From a bacterium (lineage in GTDB: Bacteria > Bacteroidota > Ignavibacteria > UBA10030): 64,000 bases of DNA. The position numbers and the translations under genes are program-made. Under the pieces are notes generated by a model. That model did not search any database, was not told the origin of the DNA, and was given only the letters and a program-made list of their open reading frames with translations. Location of the stretch: assembly GCA_043803945.1 (NCBI GenBank), contig JAZDJN010000054.1, positions 64,001-128,000 on the forward strand, in the 5' to 3' direction. Below are positions 20,350 through 29,594 of the stretch, one piece after another (within the stretch, counting starts at the first letter, position 1; each line of letters begins with the position of its first letter).

Positions 20350-20799
20350 ATGCATAATATTATCATTGATATTATTGCGGTTGTGAGTGGTAACATATTC
20401 AATCTGGCTCTTACGGCTCTCTTCACTGCCCGGATCCGTTCGCGTGAGAATGGGGAATATGCCTTCGGCATCATTTCGATGCTCACAGCGATACCGCTCC
20501 TGCTTGTCTCTATCGCAAACCTTGCAGGCATGAGAGAGTGGTGGACCTATGTTTTACCAATCCCTCTGATTATTTTCAGTGTACTTGAATTGATATTAGA
20601 CTACATTCTCAGGTTAAATTTTCGCGAAACCAAATTACTCATTCCCTATCTGTTCTGTCTGTACCTTGGACAGTGGTGGTTGGTAGGATATTCATTTCTC
20701 GTCGATCGCTCGCTGGGGTTCTTCACTCTTGGGACGTATGCAGTGGCTCTCGCTGCCACCTGGCTGGCCCATCGAAAGCCAAAGGTACTACAAGCTTGA
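20350..20799 (+). CDS. Hypothetical integral membrane protein
   Basis: About five hydrophobic segments; co-oriented with its neighbours. Confidence 0.65.
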   Translation: MHNIIIDIIAVVSGNIFNLALTALFTARIRSRENGEYAFGIISMLTAIPLLLVSIANLAGMREWWTYVLPIPLIIFSVLELILDYILRLNFRETKLLIPYLFCLYLGQWWLVGYSFLVDRSLGFFTLGTYAVALAATWLAHRKPKVLQA

Positions 20800-20868
20800 T
20801 TGCTCAGGAGATAGTTTTGAGCACTAAGAATTATGGTAGGACGAACTCATACTGATGAGGAGGCATCC

Positions 20869-22926
20869 ATGAAAATCTCACTCCGATGTTCAGCCCTTCT
20901 GACTCTTTTTCTCATCGGCTTCATTTCTCTTTCACAAGCGCAAACGGAAACGAAATCACAGCGTGATGCGAGGATGAAATGGTGGCGTGAGGCACGGTTT
21001 GGGCTCTTCATTCATTGGGGATTATATTCCATCCCTGCAGGAGAGTGGAAGGGAGACAAGAGTACGAATCATGGTGAATGGATTCGAACGACTGCTCAGA
21101 TTCCACTCCAGGAATACGACAAGCTGGTTCCTCAATTTAATCCTGTGAAGTTCAATGCCGAAGAGTGGGTGAAAGTCGCTAAAGATGCCGGCATGAAATA
21201 TATTGTCATCACCTCGAAGCACCACGATGGATTCTGCCTCTTCGATTCGAAGTACACGGACTTCGATGTCATGTCGACTCCGTTCCAGCGGGATATCCTG
21301 AAAGAACTTGCCGAGGCATGCCGGAAGTACGGACTTAAAATGTGCTGGTATCATTCTATCATGGATTGGCATCATCCCGACTATCTTCCAAGACGCGAAT
21401 GGGAAAAGAATCGGACAACGAATGGGGCAACTTTCGATCGCTATGTCCAACACATGAAAAACCAGCTCAAAGAGTTGATCACGAACTATGGCGATATCGG
21501 TGTGCTCTGGTTCGATGGGGAGTGGGAATCGACATGGAATTCAAAGTATGGCCAGGACTTATACCAATATGTCCGATCGCTGCAGCCAAGTATTCTTGTG
21601 AACAATCGTGTCGGAGCGGGGCGATCGGGAATGGAGGGATTAACAAAAGAGGGTGAGTTCGGCGGCGATTTCGGTACACCCGAACAGCAAATTCCTTCAA
21701 CCGGTTTGCCGGGTGTGGATTGGGAAACATGCATGACCTTGAACGATCACTGGGGATATAACAAGTATGATCAGAAATGGAAGTCGAAAAAAGAACTTCT
21801 CCAGATGATCGCCGACATTGCCTCAAAAGGAGGCAATTATTTATTGAACGTCGGACCAACTTCCGAGGGACTTTTTCCTCAAGCAAGCATCGAACGCTTG
21901 CGTGAGATTGGATCGTGGATGAAGATCAATGGCGAGTCAATATACGGGACGAAGGCAAGCCCGTTTAAAAACCTTGAGTGGGGCCGTTGTACGCAGAAGG
22001 ATATCCCCGAAGGCACTCGTCTGTTCCTCCATGTCTTCGATTGGCCTCAGGGTGGGAAATTAATTGTGCCGGGAATATTCAATCAGCCGAAGAAAGCGTA
22101 CCTCCTGGCCGATCAGAGAAAATCGGGATTGAAGGTGCAGCGCCAGGAAGATGCACTTGTTCTCACAGTTCCTGATAATGCACCGGACGAGGACAACTCG
22201 GTTATTGTGCTGGATATTTTCAAGAAAGTCGATATCAGTGATCCACCAAAGATTGAAAGCGAATTTTCCTCATTTATCCAACCACTTGAGGTGCGTTTAT
22301 GCACCGATCGCGAAAATGTAGAGGTGCGCTATACACTTGATGGTTCTCTGCCGACTATCAAATCACCGCTGGCAAAACAGCCAATCACCATTACCTCTAC
22401 TGCTACGGTCTCAGCGCGATGTTTCCGGGGTGGAAAAGCTGTGAGTGGAACTGCTGTTCAGACCTTCACACGGGTGAATCCATTACCTCCATCCGTGAGT
22501 ATTCGCACGGAGCAGGGAATCAGATACAAATACTTCGAAGGTGTTTGGGACGATCTGCCGAACTTTAAGGAACTTAAGCCACTCAAGGATGATTATCTAC
22601 AGAATATCGATTTCTCCCCGCGCCGTGAAGTGGAACACTTCGGTTTCGAGTACTCGGGCTTTATTCGGATCCCGGAAGATGATGTCTATGCATTCTTTAC
22701 CGATTCGGATGATGGAAGCCGGCTCTATATCGGCGATTCACTGGTAGTGGATAACGATGGTTTGCATGGAATGAAGGAAGTTAAGGGGATGATTGCGCTT
22801 GCAGCAGGATTTCACCCGATCCGTGTCGTTTATTTTGAGAAAACGGGAGGAGATGGATTATCGGTTTCAGTTACGAGCAAGAAGATAAAGAAGCAAGTAA
22901 TACCGAGCTCGATGCTCTTCAGATAA
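20869..22926 (+). CDS. Alpha-L-fucosidase (GH29) with Fn3-associated and PA14 C-terminal domains
   Basis: SD GAGGAGG; RFGLFIHWG, TSKHHDGF, LWFDGEW, WETCMT; VRYTLDGSLP; FTDSDDGSRLYI..VVDNDGLH (PA14). Confidence 0.93.
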   Translation: MKISLRCSALLTLFLIGFISLSQAQTETKSQRDARMKWWREARFGLFIHWGLYSIPAGEWKGDKSTNHGEWIRTTAQIPLQEYDKLVPQFNPVKFNAEEWVKVAKDAGMKYIVITSKHHDGFCLFDSKYTDFDVMSTPFQRDILKELAEACRKYGLKMCWYHSIMDWHHPDYLPRREWEKNRTTNGATFDRYVQHMKNQLKELITNYGDIGVLWFDGEWESTWNSKYGQDLYQYVRSLQPSILVNNRVGAGRSGMEGLTKEGEFGGDFGTPEQQIPSTGLPGVDWETCMTLNDHWGYNKYDQKWKSKKELLQMIADIASKGGNYLLNVGPTSEGLFPQASIERLREIGSWMKINGESIYGTKASPFKNLEWGRCTQKDIPEGTRLFLHVFDWPQGGKLIVPGIFNQPKKAYLLADQRKSGLKVQRQEDALVLTVPDNAPDEDNSVIVLDIFKKVDISDPPKIESEFSSFIQPLEVRLCTDRENVEVRYTLDGSLPTIKSPLAKQPITITSTATVSARCFRGGKAVSGTAVQTFTRVNPLPPSVSIRTEQGIRYKYFEGVWDDLPNFKELKPLKDDYLQNIDFSPRREVEHFGFEYSGFIRIPEDDVYAFFTDSDDGSRLYIGDSLVVDNDGLHGMKEVKGMIALAAGFHPIRVVYFEKTGGDGLSVSVTSKKIKKQVIPSSMLFR

Positions 22927-23206
22927 ATTTATTGCTCAGGGGAATCTAATGTCCCATTCAGACTGTTGACAGTATTGGGTCATAATTCAGTTATTAAATT
23001 GTAGTTACTCAGCGTGATATTTACTGCTTCAAGGCAATTTACATTTCTATCAGAATGCTGTAGAACTTGATCAATGAATTGTAGTTTGTATGTGGAGAAA
23101 ATTCCCTCTTTCGTAAAGGGGGTACGGGGGATTTGATTTTCACACTGCCGGTATGTAGAGAGTTATGATCGAGAATTATTCGCAAATTCTCGAGAAATCC
23201 CCCCAA

Positions 23207-23345
23207 GAGGCCGTCTAAAAAGAAAAAATTTGTCTCACCCGAATGCTTTTATCGGGTGTCCAGTGCCTTTATCTTTCAAATATCTGGATTCCCGCTTAAA
23301 GCATGCGGGAATGACAGCGTCCTTTTTTAGTTTTTAGACAACCCC
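23207..23345. mobile_element. MITE-like element containing paired REP-like hairpins
   Basis: Terminal inverted repeats gaggccgtctaaaaa / tttttagacaacccc (12/15 match); internal cacccgaatgcttttatcgggtg and attcccgc..gcgggaatgac. Confidence 0.6.
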
Positions 23346-23574
23346 AGATAGAAAAGAAGGCACTCAATGGACTTTATGCGAAATACATTCAGATTTTATG
23401 TGTCACGGTGTGGACCGTGACACCCTTGGTGTACTTTTTAGTCAGCCTCAATCGTGCACAAAGCTCATCGATTGTAGCTAGTTCTCACGTTGGTATTTTG
23501 TACAAGTGTGAAAGAACATTTAACAATCAGAAGTTCTGGTTAAGTCAAAACATAATGAATTGTAGAAAGATCCT

Positions 23575-25578
23575 ATGCGAATAGTATTCAGTCTCGGAAT
23601 CGTAGTTCTTCTTGCAGCATTGAATGTCGTAGCTCAGGAATCGAACGAGTTCATCGAGAAAAACTTCCAGCAGCAGGAAGCTCAACGCTACCTAAACCTG
23701 ATGCGGCTTCAGAAATCTACAAGCCTAGGCCAGGAAACATTTGATGTTACGTACTACAAGCTTGACATCAAGATTACGACCATTCCCAATTATCTTAACG
23801 GTTCAGTAACGATGACTGCGCGATCACTAGTAAATGGGCTCTCGTCAATCACTCTGGATCTGATGGATACCTTGAAGGTTGATAATGTCAAAATTGGAAA
23901 CACAACCAAGGCAGTAATCCAGGCACGGAGTAATTTCACATTCTCTCTCGACAGGTCATACAATCAGGGAGAACTGTTTACAGTGACAGTGAATTATCAG
24001 GGTCTGCCGGGAAGCTCTGGATTTGGCAGTTTCAGCTTCGATAAGAGTCGAAATGGGGTGTACCTTGTCTCAACCTTAAGCGAACCCTATGGTACGAAAG
24101 ACTGGTGGCCTAGCAAGGATCATCCGGGTGACAAAGCTGATTCGGCCGATATCTGGGTGACGTGCGATGCGTCGTTTAAAGTGGGGTCGCAGGGAAAACT
24201 TGTGTCAGTAGTGGACAATGGAAATGGAACGAAGACTCATAAATGGTCGCATCGCTATCCCATTGCGACCTATTTGATTTCGATGGCAATGACGAACTAT
24301 GCAGAATTCACCCACTGGTTTAAGTATTCTGCCAATGACTCGATGCCCGTACTGAATTATGTCTTCCCGGAGCAACTCCAGAGTAATCCTGCCATGATCA
24401 CTCAGGGAGCGCTCACAGTGGGAATGCTGCAAATTTATTCGGACCTCTACGGTCTCTATCCCTTCATCAAAGAAAAATATGGGCATGCTCAATTTCTCTG
24501 GGGTGGTGGCATGGAGCATCAGACAATGACGTCGCTTAGCAATTTATCTGAGAGCCTTGTAGCCCATGAGCTCGCCCATCAATGGTTCGGTGATATGATT
24601 ACCATGAGCACCTGGCCGGATATCTGGCTCAACGAGGGATTCGCAACCTATTCAGTCGCACTCTATTATGAGAAAAAAAATGGATTTGCAAACTATACTA
24701 GCTATATGAATAGCCAAATGAGTTCTGCCCGAAGTGCGACAGGTTCCATTTATGTTCAGGATACGTCGAGTGTGAACAGATTGTTCAGCAGCAGCTTGGT
24801 CTATGCGAAGGGGGCTACTGTTTTGCATATGCTTCGCCATATTGTCGGTGATGCAGCATTTTTCACAGCAATCAAACGATATGCAACGGATCCACGATTT
24901 ATGTACAAAGTTGCTCAAACGAGCGATTTCCGTTCGGTCTTTGAATCGGTCTCAGCAAAAAATCTTAAGTATTTTTTCGATGAATGGATCTATGGTACAA
25001 GTTTTCCAAGCTATAAGTACGAATGGGGATCGAGCGTCAATCCCGGTGGAGGATATAAAGTGAGAGTTCAACTTTCACAGACACGTACTCCATTCTTTAC
25101 GATGCCGGTCGATCTGCGATTTACCGGAACAGGTCTTGATACGACAGTAACAGTCATGAATGATGTTCAGAATCAAACAGCAATCTTCTACTTGTCGAAG
25201 CAGCCGACAGCGACACAATTTGATCCCGGCAATTGGATCCTGAAAGATGTACAAACCTTCGTGGTGAACACTGAGCGGATCGGCTCGGTACCGAAAGAAT
25301 TCGCATTGCATCAAAATTATCCTAATCCATTTAATGCTGGAACAATGATTTCCTTTTCACTGCCGCACACAGCCCATGTGAGTCTCGAGATCTTTGATGC
25401 ACTCGGAAGAAAAGCAAAGACTCTCCTTAAGCAAGAAGAGCGCGCTGCTGGTACGCATACACTTCACTATGCCGCAGACGATAACGAAGGTCGCGGCATT
25501 TCGTCGGGAGTGTATTATTGCCGGATGACCACCGACGCCGGATTTAGTGCAAATCAAAAATTGATCATTCTCCGATGA
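23575..25578 (+). CDS. M1 family aminopeptidase with T9SS C-terminal sorting domain
   Basis: GGMEH, HELAHQWFG..WLNEGFA zinc motif, VYAKG; C-terminal FALHQNYPNPFN...SSGVYY. Confidence 0.92.
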   Translation: MRIVFSLGIVVLLAALNVVAQESNEFIEKNFQQQEAQRYLNLMRLQKSTSLGQETFDVTYYKLDIKITTIPNYLNGSVTMTARSLVNGLSSITLDLMDTLKVDNVKIGNTTKAVIQARSNFTFSLDRSYNQGELFTVTVNYQGLPGSSGFGSFSFDKSRNGVYLVSTLSEPYGTKDWWPSKDHPGDKADSADIWVTCDASFKVGSQGKLVSVVDNGNGTKTHKWSHRYPIATYLISMAMTNYAEFTHWFKYSANDSMPVLNYVFPEQLQSNPAMITQGALTVGMLQIYSDLYGLYPFIKEKYGHAQFLWGGGMEHQTMTSLSNLSESLVAHELAHQWFGDMITMSTWPDIWLNEGFATYSVALYYEKKNGFANYTSYMNSQMSSARSATGSIYVQDTSSVNRLFSSSLVYAKGATVLHMLRHIVGDAAFFTAIKRYATDPRFMYKVAQTSDFRSVFESVSAKNLKYFFDEWIYGTSFPSYKYEWGSSVNPGGGYKVRVQLSQTRTPFFTMPVDLRFTGTGLDTTVTVMNDVQNQTAIFYLSKQPTATQFDPGNWILKDVQTFVVNTERIGSVPKEFALHQNYPNPFNAGTMISFSLPHTAHVSLEIFDALGRKAKTLLKQEERAAGTHTLHYAADDNEGRGISSGVYYCRMTTDAGFSANQKLIILR

Positions 25579-25590
25579 TGGAATAGCCCA

Positions 25591-25619
25591 TTGATTACTA
25601 CGCGCTTTAGTGATATATT
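25591..25619 (+). promoter_or_regulatory. Putative sigma70 promoter of the carB locus
   Basis: TTGATT-N17-TATATT with TG extended -10, about 50 bp upstream of the TTG start. Confidence 0.5.
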
Positions 25620-25670
25620 CGATCCCCAGAACATCATTTCTTCCAACAAGGAGTGTAAAAGAAGTTAGCG

Positions 25671-27143
25671 TTGCCCAAACGAACAGACATTCAATCCATT
25701 CTCATTATCGGTTCCGGACCGATTGTCATCGGTCAGGCATGTGAATTCGATTATTCCGGTACGCAGGCATGTAAAGTGCTGAAAGAAGAGGGATACCGGA
25801 TTATCCTCATCAACAGCAATCCTGCCACAATCATGACCGATCCGGATCTTGCCGATGCCACCTACATCGAGCCCATCACCCCGTATTTTGTCGAAAAGAT
25901 TATCGAGAAGGAACGCCCGGATGTTATCCTCCCGACAATGGGCGGCCAGACAGCCCTAAACATTGCGGTGGAACTTGCGGAAAGTGGTGTACTGGAGAAA
26001 TATGGTGTCGAGCTCATCGGAGCAAAACTTCCGGCAATTAAGAAGGCAGAGGATCGTGAGCTCTTTGAAGAGACGATGAAAAGTATCGGGCTGGAGACAT
26101 CCCGAGGCGCATTCGTCAAATCGCTCCCTCAGGCCCTGGAGGTAGCAGAGGAGATCGGCTTTCCGATCATTATACGGCCTTCGTTCACATTGGGTGGAAC
26201 AGGCGGGGGTACGGCGTACAATCTCCAGGAGTTCAAGGAAAAGGTTGAGCACGGCATTACCAGCAGTCCAATTCATCGCGTCTTGATAGAAGAATCTGTC
26301 ATCGGATGGAAGGAGTATGAACTAGAGGTGATGCGTGACATGAGGGATAATGTCGTTATCATCTGCTCGATTGAAAACTTCGATCCAATGGGCGTCCATA
26401 CCGGAGATTCCATTACGGTTGCACCGGCGCAGACCCTGACGGATAAAGAGTACCAGACCCTGCGCGACGCCGCCATCAAGATCATTCGTGCCATCGGCGT
26501 TGATACCGGAGGTTCTAATATCCAATTTGCTATTCATCCCGAGACGGGCAAAATGCTGGTCATTGAAATGAATCCCCGTGTCTCCCGATCATCGGCGCTT
26601 GCATCGAAGGCAACTGGATTTCCCATTGCAAAAATTGCTGCAAAGCTTGCCATTGGATACACGTTGGACGAAATCCCGAATGACATCACTCGAGAAACCC
26701 CGGCTTCGTTCGAACCCACCATCGACTATTGTGTTGTAAAAATACCACGGTGGGATTTTGAAAAGTTCAAGGGTGTCGATGATACACTTGGCGTCCAGAT
26801 GAAATCTGTCGGCGAGGCAATGGCCATCGGCAGAACATTTAAGGAGTCACTGCAAAAAGCTCTCCGCTCCCTCGAGCAGGGAAGGGATGGACTTGGCTCC
26901 GATGGGAAGGATGTTTTGGATGTCCGCTCGCTGACAGACCAGAAACGGATTGAATGGAAGAAGAAGGTCTTCGACAGATTGAAGAAACCAAAGCCGGAGA
27001 ACATCTTTTTCCTCCGCTATGCATTTCAATTGGGTGCAACGATTGATGAATTATATGAGATTACCAAAATCGATCGCTGGTTTCTTCATAACATTAAACA
27101 AATTGTTGATTTTGAGGAGGAGCTTTATGCTTTTCGCACATAA
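25671..27143 (+). CDS. carB: Carbamoyl-phosphate synthase large subunit, N-terminal half
   Basis: [30 protein letters not shown]; IRPSFTLGG; HTGDS; [10 protein letters not shown]; ends just after IDRWFL. Confidence 0.95.
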   Translation: MPKRTDIQSILIIGSGPIVIGQACEFDYSGTQACKVLKEEGYRIILINSNPATIMTDPDLADATYIEPITPYFVEKIIEKERPDVILPTMGGQTALNIAVELAESGVLEKYGVELIGAKLPAIKKAEDRELFEETMKSIGLETSRGAFVKSLPQALEVAEEIGFPIIIRPSFTLGGTGGGTAYNLQEFKEKVEHGITSSPIHRVLIEESVIGWKEYELEVMRDMRDNVVIICSIENFDPMGVHTGDSITVAPAQTLTDKEYQTLRDAAIKIIRAIGVDTGGSNIQFAIHPETGKMLVIEMNPRVSRSSALASKATGFPIAKIAAKLAIGYTLDEIPNDITRETPASFEPTIDYCVVKIPRWDFEKFKGVDDTLGVQMKSVGEAMAIGRTFKESLQKALRSLEQGRDGLGSDGKDVLDVRSLTDQKRIEWKKKVFDRLKKPKPENIFFLRYAFQLGATIDELYEITKIDRWFLHNIKQIVDFEEELYAFRT

Positions 27144-27600
27144 GATCGTATGGGGAGTGCTGTTTATTAGTGTGGTGGGCACGGCCTGTGCACAAGTTGT
27201 CATTCCACCTGATCGGAATGAACTGGCGGAAGGGAAGAGTACCTGGACTCTCATCTATGCGGAAGCGAATGGATTGCCTGGACCGAGGGAAGTGCTCCGG
27301 CTTCAAGATAAACTTGCATTAACTCGTGACCAGATAAAGAAGGCCGAAGCGCTGGAAAAAGTGACATCGAGTTCTGCCAGGGCGAAAGGCGAGGAAATCA
27401 TCCTGGAAGAAGAATCACTCTTTAACATGTTTGAAGCAGGAAGCGTTTCTGAAAAGAATCTCCGGTCCAAACTAGAACGATGTGCAAAATTACGCGCCGA
27501 TATGCAATTCGTTCATCTTCAATCGCATTTGCGCATGAAGCAGGTACTCACACCGGAACAGCTCCAGAAATACAAGACATTGAAGGCTGATGAAAAGTAA
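27127..27600 (+). CDS. Exported Spy/CpxP-like helical protein lying between the carB halves
   Basis: SD GAGGAGG before ATG 27127; signal peptide; [19 protein letters not shown] and terminal VLTPEQ (LTxxQ) motifs. Confidence 0.7.
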   Translation: MLFAHKIVWGVLFISVVGTACAQVVIPPDRNELAEGKSTWTLIYAEANGLPGPREVLRLQDKLALTRDQIKKAEALEKVTSSSARAKGEEIILEEESLFNMFEAGSVSEKNLRSKLERCAKLRADMQFVHLQSHLRMKQVLTPEQLQKYKTLKADEK

Positions 27601-29407
27601 TCCCAAAACTAAGGGTGTCCCGGAAAGGATCACCAAAGAAATTCTTCTCAAGGCCAAGCAGTACGGTTTTTCCGATCGTCAGCTCGCGCATATCTGGGGA
27701 TCATCCGAGATGGCTGTCAGGGCAGTACGGCAGCATCACGGCATTCTTCCTGTCTACAAAACAGTGGACACCTGCGCAGCAGAATTTGAAGCTCACACAC
27801 CGTACCATTACTCGACGTACGAACAGGAAAATGAATCGATTTGCAGCGATCGAAAGAAAGTGGTGATCCTTGGCGGCGGGCCGAATCGGATCGGGCAGGG
27901 TATTGAGTTTGACTATTGCTGTGTCCATGGCGTCTTTGCACTCGAAGAGGAGGGTATTGAGACGATCATGATCAACTGTAATCCGGAGACCGTCTCGACC
28001 GATTACGATACGACGGACAAACTATATTTCGAACCGCTGACGCTCGAGGATGTGCTCAACATCTGTGATCATGAAAAACCGTTCGGCGTGATTGTCAGTT
28101 TCGGTGGACAGACTCCACTCAAGATTGCTAAAGCGTTGGAGCAAAATGGCGTAACTATTCTTGGCACTTCGCCTGAAGGGATCGATATTGCCGAGGACCG
28201 GGAGCGGTTTGGAGCACTCCTGAGAAAACTGAAAATTCCGCATCCGATGTATGGCACAGCCTACTCGGTGAATAATGCTGTGTTGGTCGCTGAACAGATC
28301 GGATTTCCTGTCCTTGTTCGTCCTTCGTATGTTCTGGGTGGAAGAGCAATGGAGATTTGTTACAACAGTGATTCTGTGCGAGAGTATATGAAAAAAGCCG
28401 TGGATGTTTCGCCGGAATATCCCGTGCTTATCGACCGGTTTCTTGAAGATGCTTTTGAGTTCGATGTTGATGCTGTTTCCGATGGAAAGGATGTACTAAT
28501 CGGCGGTGTGATGGAACATATCGAGGAAGCCGGTATCCACTCTGGTGATAGTTCTTGTGTGATTCCACCCTACATGATCTCGCAGAAGAATCTGGAGGAA
28601 CTTAAAAATTATACCGTGCGGCTTGCCAAAGCGCTTAAAGTGGTTGGATTGATTAACATTCAATATGCGATGAAAGATGGAGTGGTCTATGTTCTGGAAG
28701 TGAATCCCAGAGCTTCCCGCACCGTTCCTTTTGTGAGCAAGGCAACAGGAATTCCTCTGGCTAAAATTGCTGCCAAAGTGATGGTGGGCCGAACGCTTGA
28801 AGAGTTGGGGGTGAAAGATTTTGATTTTAGAACCTTGAAACACATCTCTGTCAAGGAATCGGTCTTCCCATTTTCCAAATTCCCTCGTGTTCCGGTCTTC
28901 CTTGGCCCAGAGATGAGATCAACCGGCGAGGTCATGGGAATTTCACACGAGTTTGGCGCTGCGATTGGAAAAGCTCAAATGGCTGCCGGTAATGCTCTCC
29001 CGACTGATGGTACAATCTTCATCAGCGTTAATGATAGCGATAAAAATGACACGACTTTGAATATTATCCGGGAATACGTCACACTCGGATTCAAACTCGT
29101 AGCGACCCAAGGAACCGCACAATTCCTTCGCAAAAATGGAATTGAGGCGGGCAGCATATTTAAAGTTAATGAAGGCCGGCCAAATATTGTCGATTTGATA
29201 AAGAATGGCAAGGTCCAGCTCGTCATCAACACTCCACTGGGTGAAGAATCCCGATACGACGAGTTTTCAATCGGTTGGGCTGCAATCGAACAAAAAATCT
29301 CTCTCATTACCACACTCTCTGCCGCGGCCTCTGCTGTGAAAGGGATAGAAACTCAAAAGCGCAGGGAATATCAGGTTAAAAGTATCCAGGAATATCACTC
29401 TCTTTAA
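27590..29407 (+). CDS. carB: Carbamoyl-phosphate synthase large subunit, C-terminal half
   Basis: [57 protein letters not shown]; C-terminal MGS domain. Confidence 0.95.
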   Translation: MKSNPKTKGVPERITKEILLKAKQYGFSDRQLAHIWGSSEMAVRAVRQHHGILPVYKTVDTCAAEFEAHTPYHYSTYEQENESICSDRKKVVILGGGPNRIGQGIEFDYCCVHGVFALEEEGIETIMINCNPETVSTDYDTTDKLYFEPLTLEDVLNICDHEKPFGVIVSFGGQTPLKIAKALEQNGVTILGTSPEGIDIAEDRERFGALLRKLKIPHPMYGTAYSVNNAVLVAEQIGFPVLVRPSYVLGGRAMEICYNSDSVREYMKKAVDVSPEYPVLIDRFLEDAFEFDVDAVSDGKDVLIGGVMEHIEEAGIHSGDSSCVIPPYMISQKNLEELKNYTVRLAKALKVVGLINIQYAMKDGVVYVLEVNPRASRTVPFVSKATGIPLAKIAAKVMVGRTLEELGVKDFDFRTLKHISVKESVFPFSKFPRVPVFLGPEMRSTGEVMGISHEFGAAIGKAQMAAGNALPTDGTIFISVNDSDKNDTTLNIIREYVTLGFKLVATQGTAQFLRKNGIEAGSIFKVNEGRPNIVDLIKNGKVQLVINTPLGEESRYDEFSIGWAAIEQKISLITTLSAAASAVKGIETQKRREYQVKSIQEYHSL

Positions 29408-29515
29408 AAATCCTGATTTCGTTTCCTCTTTCTATCCCAAATCCCCCCTTCAATCGTCTAATAACAATATCTGATGGAAAGTGTTTAAGACTCCTGGGAT
29501 TTTCCCCCAGAATCC

Positions 29516-29544
29516 TTGACTTCGTTAGGGTAATAGCTTAAATT
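29516..29544 (+). promoter_or_regulatory. Putative sigma70 promoter of the TPR-barrel-SPOR-exbBD-tonB operon
   Basis: TTGACT-N17-TAAATT. Confidence 0.5.
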
Positions 29545-29594
29545 TGAGCGTTAACAGAATCATCTCAAACAATACTTTAAGCCTATCCACATAG

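Noticed and set aside
22968-22986. TTGACA...CATAAT as a promoter
   Set aside because: The spacer is far shorter than 16-18 bp.
27127-27600. Intein, intron or IS explanation for the carB interruption
   Set aside because: There are no intein terminal motifs, no transposase or homing-endonuclease motifs, and no terminal repeats; the insert encodes a signal-peptide protein in a different frame.
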